Part shown: piece by piece, positions 1 to 14,029 of the stretch
Position numbering within the stretch: position 1 is the stretch's first letter
How the letters are laid out: each line of letters opens with the position of its first letter
NCBI GenBank assembly: GCA_964016885.1
Contig: OZ024742.1
Span: 118,234,001 to 118,298,000 of the forward strand
Direction of reading: 5' to 3'
DNA length: 64,000 nucleotides
From: Eledone cirrhosa
Taxonomy: Eukaryota
Translations under genes and position numbers: made by a program
Notes under the pieces: generated by a model
Told to the model about the DNA's origin: nothing
The model's database searches: none
What the model saw: only the letters and a program-made list of their open reading frames with translations

Positions 1-54
<54 letters not shown>

Positions 55-160
55 GTGCGTGCGTGTGCGTGTGCGTGTGTGTGCATATATATACATATAT
101 ATATATGGATATACATTGATATATATGTGTGTGTGTGTGCTGGCGTGTGTCTGTGTTTGT
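1..160. repeat. (GT)n / mixed TA-TG microsatellite
   Basis: Direct reading; ORF 1..330 is a translation artefact of it. Confidence 0.95.
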
Positions 161-1324
161 GTCTGTGGAGACAGCTGAAGTGTTTTGATGAATTTAAAAT
201 AGAAACAATGAAATTGAAACTGGTTGAATTAGGATTAGAGTTTAAGTTAATGGTTGATTTTTATCCTAATGTGATTTTTATCTATCTATCTATCTATCTA
301 CCTATATCTGTTCATTTGTCTATCAATTGATAATTCTTTATCCGCATAGTTTGGGCTTTTAATCATTTGAAATCATTACATTGCCGCAATGCTCTGGAAA
401 ATTGCCTTGAAATTACATTTCTATATATATGTATGTATACACAATTTAGTCTGTTTGGTAAACAAATATATTATCTATATACACATTCCCATGTACAAAT
501 ACACGCTCACACAGATGCACGTATATCTGTGTAAAGCATGTTGGACACTAGTGTAAACGTTTGTATATTCTTTTATATAAGTATAGCGAGTACATCCCCG
601 TACTGTGACAGGCAATAAAGTACTATTTTCTTAGTGGGTAAAGCTAATAATTGAATATTGAGAAAACAACAGGGGGATTTGACAGTAATATGTTCATTGT
701 CAGAGAGGAAATAATATTCTTATAATGTGTATAAAACTTTTCTAGGATAAGAGATATTTTCATATTAGAGGGTCCGATATTATGTGACGATAAGTTAATG
801 GAACAGACCATGAGGGAGAACGTTGTAAAATATTATAAGGTATGATAGACTACGATATTATTATATTATTGTTAAAGTTGGTTTTGTCCGTTCAACAGCG
901 CTGGCTATAATTAGTATTTCCAGGAAGAGAGATAATATTTCTTGAAATGTAAGCAGTTCCCGAAAATCTCACTTTGGGATTTGAGGTATTCTTCAGAAGA
1001 TTTTAAGCCCTCTTTCTATATATGTACTTATGTAACATTTAACTTCAATTAAGAAATAGGGCATGCCTTCAAAATTGGGTTTTTATAAAATATCATTGAT
1101 TTATAAAAATTATTTATTAAATATTGCTTTCTCAAGTTAGCAATACAGTAACTTATTAATCTGATAAACTTGTATAATAACCGAGTAATTTTCCTATATC
1201 TAAATTAGAACACCCATGTAAAACAGCTTTATTTATTATCAACAAATGCTTAACATCCCTCAATTAAGACATCTTTTCTCAGAAGATTTATTACCCCCTC
1301 TTTTACGATCTTCTTATCTCCCCT

Positions 1325-1530
1325 TTCTTCTTCTTCTTCTTCTTCTTCTTCTAATCCATGTTATTCTACCTCTTCTTCTCACTCTTCTTCCACTTCTTCT
1401 CTTCCCCTTCTTCTTCTACCTCTTCTTATCCCTCTTATTCCACCTCTTCTTCTCCCTCTTCTTCTCGCGTCCTTTTTCTTCTTCTTCTTCTTCTTCTTCT
1501 TCTTCTTCTTCTTCTTCTTCTTCTTCTGCT
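1325..1530. repeat. (CTT)n microsatellite, partly degenerate
   Basis: Pure (CTT)n at ~1478-1527 with degenerate flanks; explains the poly-L/poly-S ORFs. Confidence 0.9.
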
Positions 1531-1760
1531 ACGTCCACTTACTCCTCTAATGATAGTGGGGACAAGGTCCTGGAACACTCCTTCCACTATCTTTATCAAT
1601 CAAAGGAGGCAATCTGGAATACATATTCGTATGGTATACCTATTCTTATATCTACCCTGTTTATATACAACAAATAAAGATTCTAACTTCATTGTTTCCG
1701 AAGACGGTATGATCGAGCCTATATATTATGTCTGATAGTATACAGTTTTCTGTGTATATA

Positions 1761-1857
<97 letters not shown>

Positions 1858-2179
1858 ATGTGTGTGTGTTTCCATGTGTGTGCATGTGCTTATGTGCGCG
1901 AGTGTGTGTGTCTGAATTTACGTGACGATTTGACATAAACGTGTAAAAGAAAATATGTACCAGACTTGAAAAAGTAAGTTCTGAAATCAAAACAATCGAC
2001 TAAATCAATCATTAAGTTATTGATTTCTCATACGGCTTTATAAGCTTTCCCCTATATATTTCACGCTATTGTCTACCTCATGTATTTTATATTATCATGA
2101 ACCAATTTTCCCAACAAAGTTTAGTAACCATGCACAGTCTGATGTTTGTGTGAATGTATATATGTGTGAGGTTCATATA

Positions 2180-2304
<125 letters not shown>

Positions 2305-2444
2305 TATTAGAAAGTGAGGGTTTTTTTACAAAATGAAAAATAACCGAGGTGTCCTACACGAGTGAAAGTATAAAGAAAAAGAGATGAAATCGAAAATGCA
2401 ACTGGAGTCTTATTTTTTTTTTAAATATATATATTTATTTGGTT

Positions 2445-2482
2445 CCTTTACCGGTTTCGCAGTTCTTCTGCTTTTCAAAAGG
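2445..2482 (-). ncRNA. Type I hammerhead ribozyme, U3-A8 core variant (F1)
   Basis: Reverse complement of the motif at 3507-3544. Confidence 0.7.
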
Positions 2483-3506
2483 TGAGTTGAGATGGAGGGT
2501 CTGTGGTTTTTCTCACATCTGGTTGGTCTCTGAATGTTACTTGTTTTATATGGAAAAAGTGGCTCGAAATGCCAGGTTTTTCGAGAAGTAATTTGATTGG
2601 TTTGTCAATAATTATAATAAATTTCGCGCCAGTTCGCGTTACAATAGTTCTTCAAATAAGAGGGGGGTTGTCACAAGTTGTTTTTTCATATATGAATGTT
2701 TGAATTTCTTTTTACTTGAAAAAAGGGGCTCACGAAGGCTTTTTTTTTGGTTGGTTATAAATGAAATTATGGCTGTCACGTGAACAAGTTTTCATTAAAT
2801 TTTCGTGCCCTTATTTGGAAATCCATTCTGTAGCCTTTTTAGAGAATTTTATAAGGGAAAGATAATGGTCAAGAGAAAGATGGGAGAATTGTTCTGGTTC
2901 AGTGAATATGGTTAGTTCGCTGGGGTGTCAGATTTTCTATTGAATAAAGAAAGTAAAGATATGTATGTTTATTTGTGTGCTTGTGTGTGTGTGCGTGTGT
3001 GTGTGTTGTGTGTGTGTTTGAATTTCTTTACTTAAAAAAAAGGTGGCTCACGAAGGCTTTTTTTTAATAAACGTGATTTGATTGGTTATAAAGGAAATTT
3101 GGCTGTCACGTGAACAAGTTTTCATTACATTTTTGCGCCCTTATTTGGAAATCTATTCTGTAGCCTTTATAGAGAATGTTATGACAAGGGAAAGATAGTG
3201 GTCAAGAGAAATGGGATTGGGAGAATTGTTCTGGTTCAGTGAATATGGTTTGCCCCTTTTTTCAAGTAAAAAGAAATTCAAACACTCATATATGAAAAAA
3301 CAACCTGTGACAACCCCCCCCCCCCCCTCTTATTTGAAGAACTATTGTAACGCGAACTGGCGCGAAATTTATTATAATTATTGACAAACCAATCAAATTA
3401 CTTCTCGAAAAACCTGGCATTGCGAGCCACTTTTTCCATATAAAACAAGTAACATTCAGAGACCAACCAGATGTGAGAAAAACCACAGACCCTCCATCTC
3501 AACTCA

Positions 3507-3544
3507 CCTTTTGAAAAGCAGAAGAACTGCGAAACCGGTAAAGG
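3507..3544 (+). ncRNA. Type I hammerhead ribozyme, U3-A8 core variant (F1)
   Basis: cctt-UUGAAAA-gcag(aagaa)ctgc-GAAA-ccgg-UA-aagg: 4-bp stem I, 4-bp stem II, palindromic stem III (accggt), GUA site. Confidence 0.7.
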
Positions 3545-3613
3545 AACCAAATAAATATATATATATTTTTTAAAAATAAGACTCCAGTTGCATTTTCGAT
3601 TTCATCTCTTTTT

Positions 3614-3683
<70 letters not shown>

Positions 3684-3761
3684 GAAAAAGAGATGAAATC
3701 GAAAATGCAACTGGAGTCTTATTTTTTACCACACTTCCTTCGTTATATATATATATATATA

Positions 3762-3952
3762 TATAACGAAGGAAGTGTGGTAAGGAACCAGGTGGACCAT
3801 AACGCCCCAGAGTACTCGATACTTAGGGAAGTAGAGTGGATAATAGGAAAAGAGCCAGGACCCTGACGGCTGAGCTCCGACCGTTTCGACAGCTAGATCC
3901 GAACAACTGTCGAAACGGCCGGAGCTCAGCCGTCGGGGCTCTGACTCTTTTC

Positions 3953-3957
<5 letters not shown>
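3762..3957. mobile_element. Palindromic short element (family also at 39972-40165, 43858-43915, 46729-46770)
   Basis: Imperfect ~55-bp-arm hairpin at 3843-3955 plus a tail shared with the 40-kb copy; sits between (TA)n tracts. Confidence 0.75.
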
Positions 3958-3995
<38 letters not shown>

Positions 3996-4574
3996 GCGCG
4001 TGTGTTTGTATACAAATACACGTGTTAACAAGCGTGAAACTGTATATTTTAACAACAGCTTTCTTAGGCAAAATATCAAAATAATCTGGAACCATAACAT
4101 ACTAGCTCTCTTTCTTCCCACTTTCACGTGAAGACTACATTTTTCAAATTCGGTGAATCAACTGAAGAACTACATACTGAAAACTAATTGTTTATAATGA
4201 AAGAACTCTAGTGAATAAGCCGCTTTGTAGTACTTTAAGAAAATTCTGAAAGAACCACACAAACGCTCGCACACACACATGCACCCCCACCCCACCCCAC
4301 ACACACACACATACGCACATACACATAGACACGCGCGCGGGCATGTATGTCTCTGTATGTGAGTCTCTGTGTGTGTGTGTCCATTTCAGATTATGGTTTG
4401 TTGGCATCCCGGTGTAATATATAACATAAGCATATCTATGGAACCCAATGTTGTGTTTCAGTAAAGTATGACACCATATAAATTGGAACCCAAATCTAAC
4501 AAAAGAACTGCAAGCATCCTCCCTTATTCCATTCCCTCATTACCCGCCTTGTCATTGGATTGGCAAGGATGGTC

Positions 4575-4745
4575 GATTGGCAGAATCGGTAGAGGGTCTG
4601 ACGCCCTGCTTTGCAGCAAAGATTTACAGCCCTTTATGGTCTGAATTCAAATTCCGCCGACGTCAACTTTGCCTTTCATCCTTACGGGGTCGATAAAATA
4701 AAGTACCAGTAATGTACTGACCTTGTGCCAAAAGTAGAAAAAATT
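4575..4745 (+). mobile_element. tRNA-derived SINE (family S1)
   Basis: A-box-like tggcagaatcgg, B-box-like gaattcaaattcc, core aactttgcctttcatcc...ggggtcgataaaataaagtaccagt; about 10 copies in the window. Confidence 0.85.
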
Positions 4746-6679
4746 ATTTTTTTGTTTCTTTCCCCACTTTCTTTTTTTAATCCTCTCATTTGCACCCTGC
4801 TATGTTTAAACACAGGCGGCTGTTCCTGCTACTCATATTTCTCCTCATCTGGTCCACACATGCTTTGAAATGTGACTAACAAATACAGGCTAATTAATTG
4901 TGTGGGTATGATAATTAAATTATGACATGATTGGTGTATATAACAAGATGATTATATATAAGGAGCTTGTGTGTGTGTGTGTGCCCGCGCGTGCACGTGT
5001 GTGTGACATAATACATACACTCTCAATAATACATACCCTCTCAAAATAAAAGTTTAAGGGATTGCAATTGGTTACGTCGATGATATTTCAATTATAGTTA
5101 CAGTCCCTGCACTATAGTATCAACAAAGATGCTTGCTTTTAAATGACCACCATCATATAGATACACAGAGCAGTCAACGAAGAAAACTTTACGCAAGCTC
5201 TCGACCTGCAGAAACATACAGCTAAATCTTTAAATATTACACTGTTGTCTTTAAAATAAATGTCTCTCAACGTTCGGCCGACAACCATCGTGCCATTGGA
5301 CTGGTCGCCAGGACTGATCTGGGGCTACACAACAACACCCATGTGTCATAGATTACAGTTAACACAATAACAACCACGTTGCCTCTACCCTGTCATTCTA
5401 TCTGCCAGAAACCGTAGTTAAATCACCTTCAATATATGTCCTCCCAAAAAGAATGGGGTACTTTGGATAGCCTTAGTTAGTTACGCAATGCCCCCAAAAT
5501 TGACCAGATTGTCAGAACTGGAACGCTTTTCATCATAGAGTTTAAGCTGATGCCTACATAACAGTAACACCTGTAGTCATATAACTAATACTATTTACAC
5601 AGACAGCGGTATTTTCTAATACAGAAATGTTTGTGCCAGCCGTTGCTTATCACACAGTGTTAAGTGGATGAAAGATGTGTCTTGCTTGTATTGGACATTA
5701 GCTTATAATGAATAACATTTCCAGATAGGCAACTGAGAATCTGAAGCCGACATAATTAAGTGTACTTCTGAAATACAATGAAACGCTTCTTGTAAAATTC
5801 AGCTCTAGATCAATGCGCTAATAGTCTAATTCCTTATACATCGGCTATATTCCCTTGTACATAGACAGTCAGATTTTCAAATTATTAGGGTATACAATAT
5901 TAGCAATGTCAGTTATGTCAAACAGCTTCAATAAAAATTGCAGTATTATCAGTCATGCTTCGGCATCAGCTTCTTTCTCTTCGCAGATTCTACTGGGTCA
6001 TCGTATAATTAATACTTTAGTTTGTAGCAGGTTGTAGAGACATAGAGTTATAGAAGAGAGTCCTGTTTGTCGCGAAATACTAGATGAAGATAAATGTTTA
6101 GTGATGCAATGATTATGGGACATTAAATTATTTTAAACAGAATTTTTTGTATTTTACCCAAAAGTGAAATTCAAACTAAGAACTTATAAATATTCCTCAT
6201 AAAATTCTCAGTAAACTATTAGCCCTTCCTTGTATCTTGTCATACTGGAATATCGAAAAACACTTCAAAAACATTCGTCGTGATATAGTATACTTAGAAC
6301 AAGGCGGTGTGGTGGAGAAAGAATCCCTCTGTGGAGAAGTTAAATCGATTCCTGCTACCTAACGAAATATCTGTATATTTTATAGCGCTGTTGCTGTTAA
6401 TAACAGTGCGATATATTTAATTTGTTGACCTATTAGCAGCTAAGTAAATTGAGCTATTTGAAAGTTAAATATCCTAATCATAAACTCAGATACGAACCAC
6501 CAACTCTTCATCTGTTAGTCAAATAACTTATCACGTTAGTTATTATCGGAGTAGATAAGAGGCGCATGTTCATCATGTTCATAGTTGTTTATACAAATAT
6601 TCATATCACTTGAGTGAAACGGATACATAATCTCAACGGAACATTAATTCTTGTACAATAAACAAACCTTTTATTACTA

Positions 6680-6821
6680 CTACCACTACCACAACAGCAA
6701 CGGGAAAAGGTGTAACAGAAACAAGTAGGAAAAGCAGCAAAAGCGACGACAACATCAATGACAACCACAACATCAGTCACAACAATAGCACTAACAAAAA
6801 TAGCGGCAACAATGACAACCA

Positions 6822-6868
<47 letters not shown>

Positions 6869-7335
6869 GCAGCAGCAGCAGCAGCAGCAGGAGCAGCATC
6901 AACAACAACAACTACAACAGCAACGTGAACAACAACAACAAAACGAACAACGACACAACGAACAACGACACAACGAACACCAGCAACAGCGGCAACAACA
7001 ACAACAACAACAACGGCAACAACAACAACAACAACAACAAGAGCAACAGGAACAACAACAGCAACAACACCAGCAACAACAGCAACAATGTGAACTACAA
7101 CAAAACAAACAACGATACAACCAGCAGCAGCAACAGCAGCAACAACATCGAGAACAACAACAAAATAAACAACTACACAACCAGCAGCAACTACAACGTG
7201 AACAACAACAATATAAACAACAACAACATAAACAACGACACAACCAGCAACAATAGCAATAGCAACAACGTAAACAACAACAATGTGAACAACAACATAA
7301 CAACACAACCAGCAACAGCAACAACAACAATACAT
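6680..7335. repeat. Degenerate (CAA)n/(CAG)n trinucleotide repeat
   Basis: Direct reading; gives spurious poly-N/V/C ORFs. Confidence 0.9.
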
Positions 7336-8254
7336 TTGCTGCTGTAGCAGCTAAGAAAAGTCCATGCTTTGACATGGACCTAACAGATAAAGACCAACGT
7401 TTTACCCAGGCATGGAAGATAATCAAACGCGAAAAACCCTGGGCCAAACTAAACGTTCCGGCTGAGACAATGAAGCCGGTTGAGTGCAAAATAATTATAT
7501 ACAGATGCATTTCGGTGCAGACTCGCAAAGTGGAGGTGATTGCTCAAACTGAAGTGCATCCAAGATAACATTGAGTTCAAGACAAGGGGCAGGCATTTTG
7601 GCACCATTTCAGTGTTGTTTAAGTCTAAAGTCCTTGCTCTAAAACACTCAGTGGCCCCCTGTAGGACGGACCATGTATTAGTCCCACATGAGCAGAAGAA
7701 CAGTCTTGAAATGAGCAATTATAGCTAGCTCATCTTGATATGTGAAGCGATACGATTCCCCCTCAACCGGGACAGGAATATGGAAATGCGTGCGTGATCT
7801 TAGAGCTCAATTGCTTATGCTGCAATATATTTGTAGCGTAATACAAGTGTTACAGTCATGGGGATTGGTTTGGACGTTAACTATTGTATCGTCATAGCAT
7901 TTGTGGATAAGAATGAACTCGCTGTGGGAACCAATGTGAACAAAAACGGCATATGATTGGATGGGGTCTACATGGATATGTCGGACCAAAGACCTCTAAA
8001 AACAATAGAGCCATCGTAGAGATATACAGTCTCCGAGAATAACAGTGAGAGACTTACTTCGTTTCAGCAGCAGACGCCGTCAACCAAGATGTCAATCTTG
8101 AAGCCAACTATGAAGCAGCGGTAACTGGGAGAAAATGTTGAGGGTGGAAAGTGTGTGTGACAGCTCACACCTATGTAGGTTTAGCTGACCTCCTCCAAGG
8201 TATATGTCGTTGGAGGTGTCTAGGGTAATTTAATGATATGGACCCGTCCTATCT

Positions 8255-8385
8255 TCTCATTTCTACAGCTGAGTAAACTGGAGCAACGTGAAATAAAGTG
8301 TCTTCCTCACTCGGTCCGAGAATTGAACTCACAACCTTTCGATTGTAAGCCCAATGCTCTAACCACTGAGCCATGCGCCTTCAGT
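8255..8385 (-). mobile_element. tRNA-derived SINE (family S2)
   Basis: Reverse complement ggcgcatggctcagtggttagagc...gagttcaattctc (A/B boxes) then aagacactttatttcacg, as in the 34900 copy. Confidence 0.75.
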
Positions 8386-8624
8386 GTGAAAGGGGTGTTT
8401 AATTGTTAAGGACAGTTAAAAAATGGAGGAAGGCAACAAAAATAGAAAAAGAACCCAATAAACCCAAATAAAAGACCTGTAATACACATGCAGGTGATCC
8501 CCACTCTCCCCGGGGTGACATGTGGCTCACGGTCCTGCGTACAACGAAGAAAACCCTGAGAGAAAAGTTCGGAATTCTAAAGTATGATTATATATACATT
8601 TAATTGTTTTTTTTCAAGTGATTG

Positions 8625-8960
8625 TTAGAATCGTTATGGCATTGGACAAGAATGCGTTGCGGTATTTGTTCCGGGATTTGACGTTCTGAGTTCATTTCCA
8701 GTCGTGGTTAACTTTGCCCTTCATCCTTCCAAGGTCGAGAAAATAAGTACTAGTACTATACTGGGATTGATTTTATCAGCTTTGTCTTTCCTTGAAACGG
8801 TGGAATTTAGTTACAGCTCTTTATGTTCTGAATTCAAATCCCACCATGGTCACCTTTGCCATTCATCCTCCAGGAGTCAATAAAATAATGTGCCTGTCAT
8901 CTATTGGGTTCGATGTAATCGATATTTCCTCTCCTCACAAAGTGTTGGCCTTGTGCCATG
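8625..8960 (+). mobile_element. Two adjacent degenerate S1 SINE copies
   Basis: ttctgagttc/ttctgaattcaaatccc followed by ctttgcc..tcatcc..gtc.a.aaaataa, twice. Confidence 0.7.
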
Positions 8961-9544
8961 ATAGTGTAATAACTTGTTTCGTTTGAACTGCCAGAAATCT
9001 TTGTCCGCATCAATTTGCGGACAATATGGAGGAGATACCAAGCTGTTGAGATCGTTAAGAAAAAAGGAAAAGGCAACCAAGAAATAAAATTAACTCAGAT
9101 AATCAGAACGGACAAAGAGATGCGCATCATAGTATTTCGAATGGCAAATAAGTGTTTTACATAAGAATCGACGCTAGTACCAAGATAAAATACAAACATT
9201 ATTTTTATCTATTAGCAAAACGTTATCAATGTAAGGTGACTATTTGTGTTGAAAATTAAAATTTCGAAACAAAAGAGGCAATTATATTCAGTTTATAGCA
9301 AAACTGATCCGTTAACGCCAAAGATCATATCTCTTTAAGATATCACGAATATTATTTGATTTTCTTGTTGCTTCTCTAAACAAGCGTCTAGCATATTGAA
9401 TTCGTGTTTATGGACTGAAGACAAAGTTACGTAATTTGCTTCTGAATATAGTTGCTGCATTATGGTCATGAAAAACTTAGAAATGTAGACTGGTATATCT
9501 ATTACCTCAGATAATATTAATCAATAAATGTAATTTGTTCATAA

Positions 9545-9720
9545 ATAGTTGTTTCTACTTTTGGCACAAGGCCAGCAATTATCCCAGTGTATTACTTGTA
9601 CTTTATTTTATCTACCCCGTAAGAATTAAAGGCAAAGTTAACCTCGGCGGGATTTGAACTCAGTCCGTAAAGAGACTAACTGTGCTGCAAAGCAAGGTGT
9701 CCGACCCTCTACCGTTCATA
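9545..9720 (-). mobile_element. S1 SINE
   Basis: Reverse complement of the S1 core; aatgtaatttg(t/c)tcataaata repeated on both sides. Confidence 0.8.
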
Positions 9721-9994
9721 AATAATGTAATTTGCTCATAAATAAACTTACGTTACTGCCTGTTTATGTTAAACTTGACTTTGGTGGGTTAATTCTAATT
9801 AAAAAACATCATTAACATAATGATGTAATGAAATAGTATTGTAAGTGAAGGACTTTTAATGGATAGAGAGAAGCAAATTTAAAAGGATTTTTCTTTAGCA
9901 TAATTTCAAACTTATTTTAATGAGACGAAAAAGGTAGAAGAGCTGATTAACTTAGATTCATTATATATAATTATTCCACCAACAATGTATTATT

Positions 9995-10155
9995 TGTTCT
10001 GGCTGCTTACGTTCTGAGTTCAAATCCCACTGAGGTCAATTTTGGCTTTCATCCCTCTGAGATCAATAAAATGTACTATCAGTCAATTACTGGGAGTCGA
10101 TATAATCAACTTACCCCGTGCCCAAATTTATTTGTGCCTAAAATAGAAACCATTA
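9995..10155 (+). mobile_element. S1 SINE, degenerate
   Basis: ttctgagttcaaatcccactgaggtcaattttggctttcatcc core. Confidence 0.75.
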
Positions 10156-13100
10156 AATATACTTTTCCCATCAATCATTGGAAGATGAAATTAATTTTGT
10201 TTGGGCGGAATTTGAAAGAGGATTATTTATAGAATGGAGAAAATATTTATAAAAACATTCAGCTGACATGTCTTCACCACATCTCTGCATTAGATGTTAA
10301 TTGATATGTTACATTAATAAAATTCTAATTTCCTAAATGACATCAGTAACATGATAAAATGTCTAAAATAGGGAGTCAAAACTGCGAATGAAAACAGAAG
10401 AAATTGATTCAATTGAAACTCGACTAATTTTAAAATGGATTATTCAACCATGTTAGGAAGTAATGCAAAGATGTCCCAATTGGCGGTATTTAATTGCAGT
10501 CTTCGTTGCGTTAAAAGGATGATAGTAAAATTTCACGCCAAGGTTAATGGCTAGTCTTTGGCAAATAACTTTTCCAAAAGCTCTGGTGCCTACTCTAAAT
10601 TTTAAAATATGAATGGAACGCGAAGAAATAATTGTTCTGTAAAGAGAAGCAGTTAAACGCCTGTAGTGGATACAAACACAAAACCTACAAGCTAGTTATC
10701 CAATATTTTCAACATAGACATTTTGCTCAGCATAGCCTTGATGTTTTCATCAAAAACGTAGATGTTTCGGAATTCCTGGGAAGAATAATTGAGGGACGTA
10801 TTTCGTGCATGTATATATTTCAACACCGTAAGACTGGTGAAGAGAGGAAAGTCAGATGAAATGAGAGCATTGCACAGTGAGGGTGACGAAAGGATAAAAA
10901 GCGGGCGGTAGACAAGGTGATTTTGTTGTTGTTTCGGCTCACACCTTTTATATTTAACAGACCACTTATGATTTTGCATGTCATAGGAGGTATTTTCAGT
11001 GTTTTAATGATGGGGGGCATCAGTCCTACCATATCAACATTTCTCCGGTGACGGGAGGTGAGGCTAGAACTCAAAGGCCAGAAGAGATAACACATTTCTA
11101 CCAATCCACTGCCCTGAACTACCGAATCCACTGCCCTGAACTACCGAAAGAATGAAAGGCAAAGTTGTTTTGGGCCGGATTTGAAGAAAAGAAACGGTGG
11201 AGAATAGAAAGAGCGCCTCTAAGAGCCTATGGTTGAAACTTTTTAATCGAATATTTTGTTTAGGTTGTCAGTGTGTTTAACAGTGTGTTTAACAGTAAGG
11301 AGTAGTAAAGCGTTCTATTTTCACCACGCCCATCATCCCCACCAGCATCCCCACAATTATCTCATCTACAACCACCACACCTCCAATCAACACAACGAAT
11401 CTCACTGCTACTGACAATGAGTTCCACATAGACGAGACTAGCAACAATATTAATAATAATGCTGATGATGGCGACGACGACGACGATTATGAAGATGATG
11501 ATAACGTTGAGAAGAAGAAATATGAGATGCTATTTCCCTGCATGTGAATACGTACAAATACTCTATCCTGTTAGTTGTGTAACAGTGTTCTGCTATGTAT
11601 TACATGTAAGCTAGAGCGGATCAGATTTTTGTATACTTTGGAGGAGTAATCACTTTTCGCTTCGAAATATGCTGCCTCACAGTAAGCAGGGCAGCTGCAT
11701 CTCACACACCTTTTTTTACTAGGTGTATTGACTAATGTTTTTGTACTTTAGGTGGGGACGGTTTTTAAACGGAATGTTTTTATTGTTCATCGTTCCAGTT
11801 GAGAATACTTCCCCGCCTACGCCAAATGACCTTCTAATAGCAATCGATTGGATGTTACACCAACCAATCATTTGCATTTTTCTACAACTATCCGGAAAAA
11901 TACTAAAAAAAATTAAAAAATAAACAATTGTTAAACATTTAATAAAGTTGTATGATCTTTATTATATACAGGTTACCCTGAGCCAAGGCTATATATTCTG
12001 ATTATTCTTGTAATCTCAGGTGAGATGGCTTTGTGTCAATAATTTCGCATACCTACTCCTACATCTTATTGCTGTTTGGATAAGAACGTTTAAATACATG
12101 CCGCAAGCATATTTTCTCGTTCTAGTATTTAGCCTTAACCAGAGCAATGATATTAGCTCAAGCGGAGTTCGAACACAGCCAACTTCAACTATCATTTTTA
12201 TGATGGCTTGGGGGAATGAAGAGACTTTATACGGTCGTTATATATGCTAGAAATAGTAAACAAATCTCTCTCAAAACACCCACTCTTTTAAAATAACGAT
12301 GAATGCATTATATACCAAGCGTTTGGAACAGAAAGACAGATGATCATCACTAGAACGCATTTGATCATGATGCTACTCAATGGGAGTTGACTCTGGAAGA
12401 TCTATTATATCTTGTATAGCTTCGAGTTATTCATTGAAATAACTATTTGTTATTTACTTTGAACAAATCATTTGACTATATATACCCGTCGCTAGGCTTT
12501 GTTGCTCTGGAGAGGAGAGTGGTTAAAATATTCTGTGTGGGCACTTTAATTTGGATATAATTCCAAGGCGTTAAAATCTCCTAATTAGTATAACTCGAAA
12601 ACAGATGAGTTCCGTACTCAAATACACTTCTACTGAAGTTATTTTCTTACATGTAGTTTATTTGATCTCATCTTTCATAATAAGTTGTTTAAAGGAAACG
12701 GAAATTGTAACATTCTAATATTTATTAGTAATGCATTATTAACAGGTACTGACGACAACAAACATTTAATAGAGATGACGTCGAAATATGTTTACTAGTA
12801 ATATTTTTTGTTGTACAGTAGGGGGCAATGATTGATTGTTTAACCACAGACCTTTTGTTGTTGTTTATTTCTAGGTTGACTCTGATTGAGCAGATCTATG
12901 ATTAAAGACATTTAGGTCATGATTATTTTCTCTCTTTTTATTTTCCAGACATATTCTAGCTATGGAGCTAGATTATCTAATGCGCCATTTCCATTCCTTT
13001 TCTTAGAATATAGTATGTAAGTGGGGGTTTAGAATCTCCCGTTGGCTCATATAAGACGTCAGATTTATAGGGAAGTGAAGTAAAACTAAGTTTGCTGATG

Positions 13101-13984
13101 TCTTAAACTACATTTTACACATGGACCTTTGCTTACATAATATATAAATAATATATAAATAATAAAGTTTATATGATCTAATTAATTCTGACTGATACAA
13201 GATTTAAAAAATATTTTTAATGAAACACTTCTAAAAGGGAACTCTTTGAAATCTCTAAGAGGAAGTACTTTCCCACTGAAGCAACCAGTTCAGTAGTAAG
13301 TACATCAAGTGTTGCTGTCAATTATGACGCAAGGAAAAGGTATGGTATTAAGGGCAAGCTGCTTGTGAAATGTGTTGCGATATAAGATATACGATGATAG
13401 TTATGCATGTATTTTACAAAAATTGATGGCTTATCTAATGTAGATGCAAGTAAAGCAATACTAATGATCCCTAATTACAACTATATATATGCTGGTGTGT
13501 ATGTGTATGTGTACGCATACACACACACACATATATATATACACATTTATATATAAGTATGCATGTGTCAGTGTTGAACAAAAAGGTGACGTGGTTGCCT
13601 TAACACCGTATGGCATAAATTCAGGCTGTTCAGTTTGTTTACAAACGAACAAAGCGACGTTAGCGCCGCTAAACTGATACGTGCATATATGTATGTGTAC
13701 CTGTATGCATATGTATGTATATATGTATATATATATATATATATGTGCATGCTACTGTACGTCTGTATACATATATGTATGTACGTATACATGCATACTT
13801 ACATTTAAGTAAGTGCCATACTAAGAGTGAGAAATGAAATTTCGTTTTCATTTTGTTTCAATTTATCGTTTTCGGTATGCCTGACCGATTTAACTCACTC
13901 AATATGCAAATTAGGCTGCTCAGCCGTTAATTTTCATAAGGAAAGTATATACTTTCGAACGTTCAACTATCTGGCAGATGGGTA

Positions 13985-14029
13985 AACGGTGCTGATGATA
14001 GCTAACAAGCTTGAAACTAGTACATCGTT
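13985..14029 (+). ncRNA. Type I hammerhead ribozyme (F2, copy 1)
   Basis: aacggtg-CUGAUGA-t agct(aaca)agct t-GAAA-ctag-UA-catcgtt: 7-bp stem I with one G.U, palindromic stem III, GUA site after 14022. Confidence 0.88.

Larger units (their letters stand above)
2308..3726. mobile_element. Non-coding HHR-bearing element with inverted arms (PLE pLTR/retrozyme-like, family F1)
   Basis: ~2365-2727 is the reverse complement of ~3253-3620; 2697-2915 is directly repeated at 3016-3250; flanked by (TA)n; each arm carries an HHR. Confidence 0.7.

Noticed and set aside
1687-1710. ttcattgtttccgaagacggtat, resembling the F5 ribozyme 5' half
   Set aside because: Core mutated (CCGAAGA) and no matching GAAA/stem III/stem I' found downstream.
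7350-8130. Possible old LINE or exon remnant
   Set aside because: Only short ORFs without a motif I can identify.
12746-12795. gta-CUGACGA...GAAA-tatg-UU-tac hammerhead-like motif
   Set aside because: Stem I only 3 bp, stem II does not close, single copy; decayed or chance.
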